Shown here: positions 1 to 9,568 of the stretch, piece after piece
How positions within the stretch are numbered: position 1 is the first letter of the stretch
Layout: every line of letters starts with the position of its first letter
Origin: Bacteroidia bacterium
Lineage (GTDB): Bacteria > Bacteroidota > Bacteroidia > UKL13-3
Assembly: GCA_044369215.1 (NCBI GenBank)
Contig: JBIPMI010000001.1
Location: 1 to 36,819 of the forward strand
Direction: 5' to 3'
Length of the DNA: 36,819 nucleotides
The notes under the pieces: model-generated
Databases searched by the model: none
What the model was told of the DNA's origin: nothing
What the model saw: the letters and a program-made list of their open reading frames with translations, nothing else
Program-made: the position numbers and the translations under genes

Positions 1-544
1 ATGTTTGCCTGTCTTTCGGTAGGTAACCAATAATCTTAACAATGTCTTCATAAAAACCCATATCAAGCATTTTATCGGCTTCATCCAAAACCAAATGTTC
101 CAGATGATTGAACTTAATTTCTCCGGTAACCAATTGTGAAATAAGTCTACCTGGTGTTGATATGATAATGTCTGCTCCTTTTAACAAAGCCTTTCTTTGC
201 TGCTCGTAAATATGTCCATCACCACCACCAAATATAGCTGTTGAGCTAACATCGATGTAGTAACTAAAACCTTGTACCTGTTGGTCTATTTGTTGTGCAA
301 GTTCCCTTGTTGGAACCAATATCAGCGTGTTTAATCCTTTATGGCCTTTTGCTGCAATCTTATTTAAAATAGGCAATACATAAGCAGCTGTTTTACCTGT
401 GCCTGTTTGTGCACAAGCAATTAAATCATAATGGTCTAAAATAATCGGAATTGCTTTTTCCTGAATGGGAGTTGGCGTATAAAATCCCATGGCATCTAAT
501 CCATCTAAAAGCGGATATTCAAAATAAAAATCGTCAAATGTCAA
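1..544 (-). CDS. DEAD-box ATP-dependent RNA helicase, N-terminal ~181 codons (gene continues past window start)
   Basis: Absent from the ORF track because it is open at the window edge. My translation of the minus strand from TTG at 544-542 (in-frame TGA four codons upstream) gives TFDDFYFEYPLLDGLDAMGFYTPTPIQEKAIPIIL..IACAQTGTGKTAAYVLPIL..LVPTRELAQQI..STPGRL..LVLDEADKMLDMGF. These are the Q motif and motifs I, Ia, Ib and II (DEAD). Start codon choice is uncertain. Confidence 0.9.
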   Translation of the reverse strand, partial: MTFDDFYFEYPLLDGLDAMGFYTPTPIQEKAIPIILDHYDLIACAQTGTGKTAAYVLPILNKIAAKGHKGLNTLILVPTRELAQQIDQQVQGFSYYIDVSSTAIFGGGDGHIYEQQRKALLKGADIIISTPGRLISQLVTGEIKFNHLEHLVLDEADKMLDMGFYEDIVKIIGYLPKDRQT

Positions 545-595
545 AATCTGTATTCAATAAGTTTCTAAAGTACAATAAAATTTCGAAAGAGACTA

Positions 596-632
596 AATTA
601 TCGGGTTAAAACAGTGGTAAAACCCGATAATT
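596..632 (-). terminator. Hairpin downstream of asd (putative terminator)
   Basis: Perfect 12-bp stem: aattatcgggtt (596-607) pairs with aacccgataatt (621-632), with a 13-nt loop. It lies 17 nt after the asd stop on the minus strand. There is no clean U-tract, so efficiency is uncertain. Confidence 0.5.
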
Positions 633-648
633 ATTCAAAATATGACTA

Positions 649-1638
649 TTAAACTAAGTTTTTGGAAAGTAAATATTCAGCAATTTGTATAGCGTTTGTA
701 GCAGCTCCTTTTCTTAAATTATCAGCAACAATCCACATGTTTAAGCAATTGGCTTTCGATTCGTCCCTTCTAATTCGTCCAACAAATACTTCATCTTTAT
801 CATGCGCAAATAAGGGCATTGGATAGATAAATGCTTCCGGTAAATCCTGAACAATTATTCCTGCTGCTTCACTTAATGTCTTTTTGATTTCATCAATATC
901 GAACTCATTTTCAAACTCAATATTTACACTTTCACTATGACCGCCGGTTGTAGGAATTCTCACACATGTAGCAGTAACAGCAATGTTCTGATCACGCATA
1001 ATTTTTTTGGTTTCCATCACCATTTTCATCTCTTCTTTGGTATAGTCATTGTCCATAAATACATCAATCTGTGGAATTACATTTTTATCGATTTTGTATT
1101 TATAAGCCATTTCACCAGCTACACCTTGTCTTTCATTATCCATTTGTTGAACAGCTTTCACACCGGTTCCGGTAACGCTTTGATAAGTGCTTACAACAAC
1201 GCGTTTAATTCTGTTTTTAAGATGAAGTGGATTTAAAGCCAATACCATTTGTATGGTTGAACAATTTGGATTAGCAATAATTTTATCGTTTACTCCTATT
1301 TCATCAGCATTGATTTCAGGAACAATTAATTTGTTATCAGGATTCATTCTCCATGCAGATGAATTGTCGATAACAAATGTTCCAACTTCAGCAAATTTCG
1401 GTGCCCATTCAAGTGATGTACTTCCGCCTGCTGAGAACAAAGCTATAGCAGGTTTTGCATCAATGGCAGCTTGCATGCTGTGTATCTTAAAAGATTTTCC
1501 CTTGAATTGAATTTCCTTACCAACCGATTTCTCAGAAGCAACAGGAATTAATTCAGTTACAGGAAAATTTCTTTCCTCTAATACTTTCAGCATTACCGAA
1601 CCAACTAAGCCGGTAGCTCCAACAACTGCAATTTTCAT
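649..1638 (-). CDS. asd: Aspartate-semialdehyde dehydrogenase
   Basis: 329-aa ORF. N-terminal Rossmann motif MKIAVVGATGLVG, active-site NPNCSTIQMV (Cys nucleophile), and the length and layout of the short Asd type. Confidence 0.95.
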   Translation of the reverse strand: MKIAVVGATGLVGSVMLKVLEERNFPVTELIPVASEKSVGKEIQFKGKSFKIHSMQAAIDAKPAIALFSAGGSTSLEWAPKFAEVGTFVIDNSSAWRMNPDNKLIVPEINADEIGVNDKIIANPNCSTIQMVLALNPLHLKNRIKRVVVSTYQSVTGTGVKAVQQMDNERQGVAGEMAYKYKIDKNVIPQIDVFMDNDYTKEEMKMVMETKKIMRDQNIAVTATCVRIPTTGGHSESVNIEFENEFDIDEIKKTLSEAAGIIVQDLPEAFIYPMPLFAHDKDEVFVGRIRRDESKANCLNMWIVADNLRKGAATNAIQIAEYLLSKNLV

Positions 1639-1733
1639 GAATAGGGATTTTAATTGAGGCCTCTAAAATACATCCATCAACTTGAATGAAAAAATTTTTG
1701 CGATTAAAAATCCTGAACTAACTTCTAGTTGTT

Positions 1734-4700
1734 ATGAAAACATTTAGGCTGTATTCTACTCTTTTCTGTCTTTATTTTTTATTGATGATTGGCATTTCCT
1801 CATCAATAAAAGCGCAGGTTTCAGACGATTTCTCCGATTTTGATTTGAAGTCAAATCCTACTTGGTTTGGCGATGATTCGCTTTTTCAGGTAAACCTTAA
1901 TTCGGAACTTCAGTCGAATGCAAGAACCGGAACTTCAGGTGAAATTTCATTAGTAATTCCAATTCTTCCTATAGGTAAATCTTTAGTTTGGAAATCCGGT
2001 TTTCGCTATGGATTTAATCCTAGTTCACAGAATGTTTTTCGTTTTTTTCTTTATGCTGATAGTGTTACTCTTCTTAAATCAACCAACTCATTGTTCTTAC
2101 AATTTGGCGGCTCAACCGGCAGTACCGATTCACTTTTATTGGTTCACACGAATAATGGTCAAAGAAGAACTTTAGCGAGAGGACGTCCTTCCACACTCGG
2201 GAAGTCTCTTAATTCAGGCGCATTTAAGGTTTTATTCGATTCTTCAGGCTTTTTAAGTGTTTGGTTAGATACTGCTAGTTCGACTTTTTTTAACAAAGAA
2301 TTTGAGTTGCCTTTTCAGTTTGATTCTACTTTGTTTTATACAGGTTACTCTTTTAAATATACCAGCACAAATACTAAAAATTTCTTTGCTGATGATTTTT
2401 ATTTTGGACCAATTTTGTTTGATACAATTCCACCTAAAATTACCAAAGCAAATATGCTGTCGTCTCAGTTATTGGAAATTGAATTTGATGAAAGTATCGA
2501 CACTTCTTCAGAGAATTTAGAAATCATTTTAAACAATCAATTAATAGGCTTTAAAACGAATTGGGCTCAGTCAAACAAAACGCTTAGAATCATATTGGAT
2601 AATGCTTTACCAGATTCTCTTCTTGAACTAAAACTTTCAGGAATTCAAGATTTAATAGGCAATTTAATGGGTGATTCAAGTCTCTTTTTGTTTTATCATC
2701 AAATACAAAAACAAGAACTATTGTTTTCAGAAATAATGTTTGATCCTGAACCTTCAAAGGGATTGGCAAATGCAGAATATCTTGAAATATATAATGCAGG
2801 TCAATTCCCGGTTTCATTAAAGGGAATAAAAATTACTGATGGTTCCGTTACTTCTATTTTGCCTGATTTTACTTTGAAACCAGATGCATTTTTATTGTTA
2901 TATGCTGCTTCAGATAGCTCCTTGTTTCAAGGTAAATTCTCAGTTCCATTGGCTAATTTTCCAAGCCTAAACAATTCAGGTGATCGTTTACAAATTATAG
3001 GTACAGATGGTTTAATAATTGATGATGTTTCTTATGATATGTCGTGGTTTGGGACATCAGCTTTGCCTGATGGTGGTATAAGTTTGTCCTTAATTTATCC
3101 AACAAAATTATGTGAAGGAAAAAAAGCCTGGGCTGCTTCCAAAGAATCAATTGGCGGTAGTCCGGGAGAAAGAAATCTTGGATGGAATATTCTTCCTGAT
3201 ACAATAGCTCCTGTTTTAGGTACCTATCAAACGATTAATCAAACAAAAATTCTTTTAGTTTTTGATGATAAAACATCACTTGGAAAACTCAAATACCTTT
3301 TTAATTCTGATTCTATTGAGGCTGATTTTGTTTGGAGCTCTTTTTCAAACGACAGTTTTATATTCAATTGGCTTCCACTGGCAGAAAGAGAAACTCGAAT
3401 GTTTCAATTAAATAATTGGAGTGATTGTTCCGGTAATCAACTTAAACAACAAGCAGGGGTTTTTTATATGACAGCTTCTGAGGCTTATCAGAATGATGTG
3501 CTTATTCATGAAGTTTTATTTGATACCAAATTCAATAATGAATTTGTTGAATTGTTTAACAAGTCAGATCGCTTGATTCAATTAAAAAACATGCTTTTAA
3601 AAAGAGGAAGTTCATTCATTAAATTACCCGAATATCTTTTGTATCCTGATTCTTGTGTTGTTCTGTGTAAAGAGCCAAACATCAATTTTAAAAATCCGCT
3701 TGCTTTCAGTTCCTTTCCATCATTGAGTTTAAGTGATAGTTTGTTTTTATTTAATTCACTTGGATTTCGTGTACATGAGGTTTATTATAGCCAGGATTGG
3801 TATCATGATGAATTCAAAAAGCAACAAAAATCCTGGTCAATTGAAATGATAGATTCAGAAAATCCCTGCGCCGGAATGTCTAATTGGACTGCATCAAACA
3901 ACAATGAATTTAGGCATACTGCAGGGAGATTGAATTCGGTGAAGGAATCTAATTCAGACATGCTTAAGCCCGAGTTTACAAGAATTTATCCTGTTTCAAA
4001 TTCTGAAATCCTTTTCTATTTTAATGAGCCTATAGATTCAAATTCGTTGTTTGTTTTTAAAAGCGATTTATTTGATGGCTCCAAATTTATTTCGTTTAAT
4101 AATAATCAAACATTTTTATACAAAAATGAAAGTCCATTTGATACAGTAAATCTAATCAGTATAAAGTTAAATGGAATGAAAGATTGTGCAGGAAACATAC
4201 TTTTTGATACGCTTATTTCATTTAAATTTCCTGTAGAAGATTCAACTGCAATTGTTCTAAATGAAGTTTTATTTAATCCTAAAAGCGGTGGCTCTGATTT
4301 TATTGAATTGTACAATCGCTCTTCGAATTTTATCGATTTAAAAAATTATCATTTCGCTAGTTCAACAGATTTAATTTCAGACTACAAGGAGGTTTTGCCA
4401 ATTTATGAAAAGGGCTATTTTATGCCTCCAAATTCTTACCTTGTTTTTACTGAAATTAATCAGGTTGATTTTTATCCAAATGTTAATTCCAAGCTACAAT
4501 TATTTTCTAAAATCCCATCTTTACCTGATGATGGAATTTATCTTCATTTATTAGATAAAAGTGGGTATAAATTGGAAACTATGCTTGCAAGTGATGAACT
4601 ACATTTTAATACCATTGTAGACAAAGAAGGAGTTAGTTTAGAAAGACTTTCTCTATTTTCTAATTCCCAAAACAATTGGACTTCAAGTTCTGCATTTTGT

Positions 4701-5081
4701 GCTTATGCTAGTCCAACACAGAAAAACTGTATGCTTTATAAAGAGAATACTTCTAATGAAACATTAGTTATTGAGCCGGAAATTATTTCTCCTGATGGCG
4801 ATGGTTTTCAGGATTTCTTACAAATTAATTATCGGTTTACATCGAATGATATAACAATGAATTTATTTATTATCAATGAAAGGGGATTAAAAGTAAAAGA
4901 GCTTGCATTGGCTGAAAGAGTTGGATATGAAGGCTTTTTTCTCTGGGATGGAACTACAGATAATGGAAGTTTACCAAATGAGGGCGTGTATTTAGTTCGA
5001 CAAGAATTCTTTAATAGCAATGGTAAATTTGAAGTGAATCAAAAACCAATTTTGTTTACTAGAAGAGCAAGAATCGACTAA
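1734..5081 (+). CDS. Large secreted protein with three lamin-tail (LTD) domains and a C-terminal beta-sandwich (FlgD-Ig/CHU_C-like) domain
   Basis: 1115-aa ORF with signal peptide MKTFRLYSTLFCLYFLLMIGISSSIKAQ. Three LTD-type signatures: LLFSEIMFDPEPS..AEYLEIYNAG, VLIHEVLFDT..NEFVELFNKSD and IVLNEVLFNPKSGGSDFIELYNRS. Each is preceded by an Ig-like module (DTIPPKIT.., DTIAPVLG.., DMLKPEFT..). The C-terminus reads IISPDGDGFQDFL...WDGTTDNGSLPNEGVYLV. Confidence 0.8.
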   Translation: MKTFRLYSTLFCLYFLLMIGISSSIKAQVSDDFSDFDLKSNPTWFGDDSLFQVNLNSELQSNARTGTSGEISLVIPILPIGKSLVWKSGFRYGFNPSSQNVFRFFLYADSVTLLKSTNSLFLQFGGSTGSTDSLLLVHTNNGQRRTLARGRPSTLGKSLNSGAFKVLFDSSGFLSVWLDTASSTFFNKEFELPFQFDSTLFYTGYSFKYTSTNTKNFFADDFYFGPILFDTIPPKITKANMLSSQLLEIEFDESIDTSSENLEIILNNQLIGFKTNWAQSNKTLRIILDNALPDSLLELKLSGIQDLIGNLMGDSSLFLFYHQIQKQELLFSEIMFDPEPSKGLANAEYLEIYNAGQFPVSLKGIKITDGSVTSILPDFTLKPDAFLLLYAASDSSLFQGKFSVPLANFPSLNNSGDRLQIIGTDGLIIDDVSYDMSWFGTSALPDGGISLSLIYPTKLCEGKKAWAASKESIGGSPGERNLGWNILPDTIAPVLGTYQTINQTKILLVFDDKTSLGKLKYLFNSDSIEADFVWSSFSNDSFIFNWLPLAERETRMFQLNNWSDCSGNQLKQQAGVFYMTASEAYQNDVLIHEVLFDTKFNNEFVELFNKSDRLIQLKNMLLKRGSSFIKLPEYLLYPDSCVVLCKEPNINFKNPLAFSSFPSLSLSDSLFLFNSLGFRVHEVYYSQDWYHDEFKKQQKSWSIEMIDSENPCAGMSNWTASNNNEFRHTAGRLNSVKESNSDMLKPEFTRIYPVSNSEILFYFNEPIDSNSLFVFKSDLFDGSKFISFNNNQTFLYKNESPFDTVNLISIKLNGMKDCAGNILFDTLISFKFPVEDSTAIVLNEVLFNPKSGGSDFIELYNRSSNFIDLKNYHFASSTDLISDYKEVLPIYEKGYFMPPNSYLVFTEINQVDFYPNVNSKLQLFSKIPSLPDDGIYLHLLDKSGYKLETMLASDELHFNTIVDKEGVSLERLSLFSNSQNNWTSSSAFCAYASPTQKNCMLYKENTSNETLVIEPEIISPDGDGFQDFLQINYRFTSNDITMNLFIINERGLKVKELALAERVGYEGFFLWDGTTDNGSLPNEGVYLVRQEFFNSNGKFEVNQKPILFTRRARID

Positions 5082-6715
5082 GTGTTGAAATCAGGTTGTT
5101 TCCTGTAGCGATAAACTTTCATCAGAATATTAAAGAAATAAAAAAAGATGAAATAGTTTATTATTTCGCTGTATTTAACAAATGTGGTTTCAATTGGAAG
5201 TAATTTTAATTCCTGTGATAAAGCATCTTCTGTCCACCATTCTGATTTTTGAAGAATATTTCCTTCTGCATCAATAAAGCCGCTGATTCCGGTATTCGCG
5301 CTTCTTGCCACTGGTCTTCTTGTTTCAATGGCTCTTAATCTTGCATAACTAAAATGTTGCGCAAAACCTGGTGTATTTCCCCACCAGCCATCATTTGTGA
5401 TGATACAAATTACATCTGTTCCCTTGTTGATATAACTTGTTAAAAAATCAGGAAAAACAGATTCGTAACAAATAACCGGAGCAAGTCCAATTCTTTGTTT
5501 GGTATTAAACACCATACTTTCACCATCAGAACCTAAACTTCCACTAGTACCACCTAAGTCAATTGCCAACGATTCAAGAAATCCAAAAATTTGAGGATAA
5601 GGCATTTTTTCTACACCCGGAACCATTTTGTTTTTATGATAAATAGAAACAGAATCATTGCCTGACATGAGTAATGCAGTATTATAAGAATCTATATAAA
5701 CCTGATATTTTTTCCAGAACCTTGCAGTTATAGGTCGCTTTCCGTTGTCATTCGGAAATGTCTTGTATGAATCGGCACCAACAAGTAAAGTTAATCCCGA
5801 ATGTCGGCTTAAAAATTCTTTACAAGCTTTTATCAAATATTCATTTTCAATTTCACCTTCATTGATACCTCCTTGTAATGCAGTTTCCGGAAAGAGAACA
5901 AATTGAGTTGAAGGCGTAATTTTCTTTTCAGCCAGGTATATCATTTTCTCTAATTGTTCTGATGGAGTCATGCCTTCAAATTTTTCTTTATATGGATCGA
6001 TATTAGGTTGAACTACTACAATATTGGCTGTTTTCGATTGATACTTGTTCATGGTATCTCGTAGATTCTGAAGCACCAGATAGGAAAAAAGAGCCGGTAG
6101 GAACAGGTAAATGAAACCAAGGTTGAATAGTTTCTTTTTGACAAGAATTGGTTCAATACTTTTTCGTATTTGAAGCCATTCATACACTTTTTTATTTACT
6201 ATTAAAATCCAAAAACTGCCACCAAGAACACCGGTGTATTCGTACCATTGAACAGCATTTGGGAAAACCGCAAAAACGTTTCCTAAAATTAACCATGGAA
6301 ATGCGAGGTCCCAATGAAATTGCATAAGCTCCATACAAATCCATGTTCCTATAAAAATTGCGTATTCAGATTTGCCAGTTTTTTTGCTGATTGAATGCAT
6401 CAACATAAATGGCAATAACATTGGAGCGCTATTGATAAAAAAGGCAGCTATTGCACCACCTGAACTCGCATTCCATATCCACCACACAGTTCCTGCATTC
6501 CAAACAATCATTCCAATCCATGCGTATACAAAAAGCCAAAGTTTTGAATTGACTTGTTGTTTCCTGATTTGTTTCTCAAGTTCGATAAAAGGAATCAAAG
6601 CTAGGAACGCAAGTGGAAACAAAGAAAAAGGCTCCCATGAAGCAACAAGTAAAGCTGCTCCTGTTAAACTGAGAAGTAAATATCTCAGGTGATTATTTTT
6701 TACCGCCGATAACAA
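5078..6715 (-). CDS. lnt: Apolipoprotein N-acyltransferase
   Basis: 545-aa ORF. Multi-TM N-terminal half, then a CN-hydrolase domain with FPETAL (Glu), HKNKMVPGVEKMPYP (Lys), VICYESVFPDF (Cys) and ITNDGWWGNTPG. The TTG start from the track overlaps the rsmI 3' end by 23 nt, so the exact start is uncertain. Confidence 0.9.
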   Translation of the reverse strand: MLSAVKNNHLRYLLLSLTGAALLVASWEPFSLFPLAFLALIPFIELEKQIRKQQVNSKLWLFVYAWIGMIVWNAGTVWWIWNASSGGAIAAFFINSAPMLLPFMLMHSISKKTGKSEYAIFIGTWICMELMQFHWDLAFPWLILGNVFAVFPNAVQWYEYTGVLGGSFWILIVNKKVYEWLQIRKSIEPILVKKKLFNLGFIYLFLPALFSYLVLQNLRDTMNKYQSKTANIVVVQPNIDPYKEKFEGMTPSEQLEKMIYLAEKKITPSTQFVLFPETALQGGINEGEIENEYLIKACKEFLSRHSGLTLLVGADSYKTFPNDNGKRPITARFWKKYQVYIDSYNTALLMSGNDSVSIYHKNKMVPGVEKMPYPQIFGFLESLAIDLGGTSGSLGSDGESMVFNTKQRIGLAPVICYESVFPDFLTSYINKGTDVICIITNDGWWGNTPGFAQHFSYARLRAIETRRPVARSANTGISGFIDAEGNILQKSEWWTEDALSQELKLLPIETTFVKYSEIINYFIFFYFFNILMKVYRYRKQPDFNT

Positions 6716-7373
6716 TTACAAATTCTCCTTTAATAATATGTGTTTCAAAATGAGTTAAAACTTCTGCTGAAGTTCCATTTACTGTCTCTTCAAACATCTT
6801 GGTAAGTTCTCTGCTTACTGATATTTGTCGCTCCGGACCAAGGTACTCAACAAATTGTTGCAAAGCTTTTAAAAGTCGGTGAGGACTTTCATACAATACA
6901 GTAGTTCTTTCTTCTTCAGCCAATTTTTTGAGTGCAGTTTGTCTTCCCTTTTTTTCCGGAAGAAATCCGATGTATGAAAATTCATCGCAGGGCAAACCAC
7001 TTTTCACAAGGGCAGGAACAAAAGCAGTAGCGCCGGGTAAACATTCTAATGGCAATTGGTTTTCCATACAGGCTCTTGCTAACAAAAAACCGGGGTCGCT
7101 AATTCCGGGAGTGCCGGCATCACTAACCTGAGCAATGTTTTTTCCGTCTTTTAAATCGTTAATTACTTGTAATAAAACCTTGTGTTCGTTGTGCGAATGA
7201 TAGGAGTGAAGGGTCTTACTAATTCCGTAATGACTTAAAAGTTTAAGTGTTTGTCGGGTATCTTCTGCAAGAATATAATCTACCTCTTTAAGTATTCTTA
7301 ACGCTCTAAGTGTTATATCCTCAAGATTTCCGATAGGAGTAGGAACCAAATATAATTTACCGGTTTCGGCCAT
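6693..7373 (-). CDS. rsmI: 16S rRNA (cytidine1402-2'-O)-methyltransferase
   Basis: 226-aa ORF with GKLYLVPTPIGNLEDITLRALRILKEVDYILAEDTR and DAGTPGISDPG, the tetrapyrrole-methylase-fold RsmI signatures. Confidence 0.93.
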   Translation of the reverse strand: MAETGKLYLVPTPIGNLEDITLRALRILKEVDYILAEDTRQTLKLLSHYGISKTLHSYHSHNEHKVLLQVINDLKDGKNIAQVSDAGTPGISDPGFLLARACMENQLPLECLPGATAFVPALVKSGLPCDEFSYIGFLPEKKGRQTALKKLAEEERTTVLYESPHRLLKALQQFVEYLGPERQISVSRELTKMFEETVNGTSAEVLTHFETHIIKGEFVIVIGGKK

Positions 7374-7465
7374 GTCTACAAATTAAGTCGCTTTAAATCA
7401 ATATTTCATAACTTAAAAGAATTGGGAACAAAAGAATTAATATTATTGTTCAAATTTATTTAATT

Positions 7466-8248
7466 ATGAGCCGTTTATTTAATAGACTTGAGGTTTACAC
7501 GCTCTATTTTCTTGAATATTTAAAGTTCGGAGAATTCGGTTCTTTGATTCAAGCTTTTGTTTACATGTTTACAAGGAAATCTTACACCAAAGGAGGAATT
7601 GTAAGAACTTCTATGGGTAAATTTGATACCAGGCCACATACTTTAGATTTTCAGTATATCAATTATGCCTACGAAATTGGCATTAAGAGGTTTATTGAAA
7701 AAGAAAACTTCCATGTTTTTATGGATATTGGTGCATGTTTAGGTGAATATTGTATATGGCTTGGAGCAAAAGGTAAAAGGTGTTTGGCTTTTGAACCGGT
7801 AAAAGGTAGTTACGAAATGATCGATAGAAATATTGAAATCAATGGCTTAAGAGGCAATGTTAAAGCACATAATTATGGTTTGGGTAGCAAACATTCAATA
7901 GAATTTTTTAGTATTAATCAGATTAATCCGGGAGCCAGTAAACGTGTTGATGCTGAATCGGCAACTACTCAAAAGTTTGAGATTAATTCTTTGGATGAAG
8001 TTTATGCAGATTTTGGGTTTAAACCTGAAGAGAGAATTCTAATTAAGATTGATGTTGAAGGTATGGAGGTTGAAATGTTGGAAGGTGCTAGAAAATTCCT
8101 TAAATCTTGTAATAACGTGGTTTTAATTATAGAAGAAAAGTTATCCGGTGAAGGTGAAATCACACAAATATTAAATACCATTTGTAAGTTTGAATATGGC
8201 AGTATAGATGAATACAATATCTATGCACGCAAAGTTGGAAACTTATAA
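7466..8248 (+). CDS. FkbM-family SAM-dependent methyltransferase
   Basis: 260-aa ORF with a SAM motif-I-like FMDIGACLGEY followed by AFEPVKGSYEMIDRNIEINGL and IKIDVEGMEVEMLEGA, typical of FkbM-family methyltransferases. Confidence 0.8.
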   Translation: MSRLFNRLEVYTLYFLEYLKFGEFGSLIQAFVYMFTRKSYTKGGIVRTSMGKFDTRPHTLDFQYINYAYEIGIKRFIEKENFHVFMDIGACLGEYCIWLGAKGKRCLAFEPVKGSYEMIDRNIEINGLRGNVKAHNYGLGSKHSIEFFSINQINPGASKRVDAESATTQKFEINSLDEVYADFGFKPEERILIKIDVEGMEVEMLEGARKFLKSCNNVVLIIEEKLSGEGEITQILNTICKFEYGSIDEYNIYARKVGNL

Positions 8249-8267
8249 AAGAATAAAAATCTAGAAT

Positions 8268-8308
8268 AAAAAAGAGGCTGATTCATTTATATGAACAACC
8301 TCTTTTTT
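8268..8308. terminator. Bidirectional hairpin between convergent genes
   Basis: aaaaaagagg (8268-8277) pairs with cctctttttt (8299-8308), with inner pairing ttcat/atgaa. The A-run and T-run flanks allow function in both directions between the FkbM gene (+) and the DedA gene (-). Confidence 0.5.
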
Positions 8309-8310
8309 TA

Positions 8311-8949
8311 TTATAAATAACTCGAATTTTCTTCCTTCTTTTTCTTCTTGTCTTTTCGCCAATTATTGATGATAGGCAATGAAGTAACCAGGATAAATCC
8401 TATGACAATAAAGTCAAGATAATCCAATGCATTCGGGAATATTTTTCCCACATAATAACCTGCCGTAACTATTACACTTGGCCAAAGTATGGCACCAAGA
8501 ACATTGTATCCTAAAAAGATAATTGGTTTTACACGAACAATTCCTGCAAGAATTGGAGCAAATGTTCTAACGATTGGTAAAAATCTACCCATTACAAGAG
8601 CTAAACCACCATATTTTTTGTAGAAATCCTCAGCTGTAGTGATGTATTTTTTCTTGAAAAACAAGGTGTCTGGTTTGTTGTATAATGCATCTCCGGTTTT
8701 TAAACCGAAAAAATATCCTGCATAGTAACCTCCCATAGCTGCAGCGGCAATCCACATTATTAATGGCATGAGTTCCATATCAAGAACGCCAAGATAACAT
8801 AAAAGACCGGCTGTAAAGAGCAAAGAATCCCCAGGAAGGAAAAAGCCAAAGAAAACGCCATTTTCCAAAAATATTACAGATAGCAGCAAAAATTTGCCGC
8901 CATATCTAATTAATTCTTCAGGCTTAAAAAGGTCCCAAAAACTGTTCAA
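8311..8949 (-). CDS. DedA/VTT-domain family membrane protein
   Basis: 212-aa polytopic ORF with the DedA signature FLENGVFFGFFLPGDSLLFTAGLL and GRFLPIVRTFAPILAG. Confidence 0.85.
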   Translation of the reverse strand: MNSFWDLFKPEELIRYGGKFLLLSVIFLENGVFFGFFLPGDSLLFTAGLLCYLGVLDMELMPLIMWIAAAAMGGYYAGYFFGLKTGDALYNKPDTLFFKKKYITTAEDFYKKYGGLALVMGRFLPIVRTFAPILAGIVRVKPIIFLGYNVLGAILWPSVIVTAGYYVGKIFPNALDYLDFIVIGFILVTSLPIINNWRKDKKKKKEENSSYL

Positions 8950-9013
8950 TGACTTTTTATTTAAGTATACGAAATAGGGACATTTTTCCGAATAAGCAAA
9001 TGATTAAAAAAAG

Positions 9014-9526
9014 CTATTGATTTCTAAAGCCAATTGAGTTTCGACCTTTTTCTACTTTTTGGGCCTTTTCTTCAACCTCAGTTTTCATTTTATCTTTGTA
9101 TTCTTGAAGTTTATTTGCAATTTCAGCATTATCTATTCCAAGAATTTGAACAGCAAGAAGTCCGGCATTTTTTGCATTATTAATAGCAACAGTTGCAACA
9201 GGAACACCACCTGGCATCTGCACAATAGAAAGTAAAGAATCTAATCCTGATAGCGTTTTTAATTGTACAGGAACCCCAATAACAGGAAGAGTTGTGATTG
9301 CAGCGACCATACCGGGTAAATGTGCAGCACCACCGGCACCGGCAATTATTACTTTTAAGCCTCTTTCTCTCGCAGTTTTAGCATACTCATACATTCTTTC
9401 AGGAGTTCTATGAGCAGAAACTACTGTAATTTCAAAATCTATGGCAAAATCTTCCAATACTTTTGCCGCATCTTTCATTACTTCGAGATCGCTATCCGAT
9501 CCCATTATTATTCCAATTTGTTTCAT
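9014..9526 (-). CDS. purE: 5-(carboxyamino)imidazole ribonucleotide mutase
   Basis: 170-aa ORF with [25 protein letters not shown] and [17 protein letters not shown], the class I PurE signatures. Confidence 0.95.
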   Translation of the reverse strand: MKQIGIIMGSDSDLEVMKDAAKVLEDFAIDFEITVVSAHRTPERMYEYAKTARERGLKVIIAGAGGAAHLPGMVAAITTLPVIGVPVQLKTLSGLDSLLSIVQMPGGVPVATVAINNAKNAGLLAVQILGIDNAEIANKLQEYKDKMKTEVEEKAQKVEKGRNSIGFRNQ

Positions 9527-9542
9527 ATTAGTTGATTAAACA

Positions 9543-9562
9543 AAAAGCCCTTTCGGGCTTTT
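9543..9562 (-). terminator. Rho-independent terminator
   Basis: Stem aaaagccc/gggctttt with tetraloop. On the minus strand it reads cacaaaagcccgaaagggctttttg (GC stem plus T5), 6 nt after the stop of the 9569-9904 ORF. Confidence 0.8.
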
Positions 9563-9568
9563 GTGAAA

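Noticed and set aside
937-1510. Plus-strand ORFs 937..1236 and 1253..1510
   Set aside because: They lie entirely antisense within the well-supported asd gene. Their composition is low-complexity and unprotein-like (runs of H, F, I). They are typical shadow ORFs.
2302-5020. Short ORFs 2302..2520 (+), 2590..2817 (-), 2995..3204 (-), 4106..4315 (-) and 4829..5020 (-)
   Set aside because: All are nested in or antisense to the 1115-aa LTD protein gene, with no recognisable motifs. They are chance ORFs in AT-rich DNA.
6372-8217. ORFs 6372..6692 (+), 6928..7131 (+) and 8002..8217 (-)
   Set aside because: They are antisense to lnt, rsmI and the FkbM methyltransferase respectively, and none has independent support.
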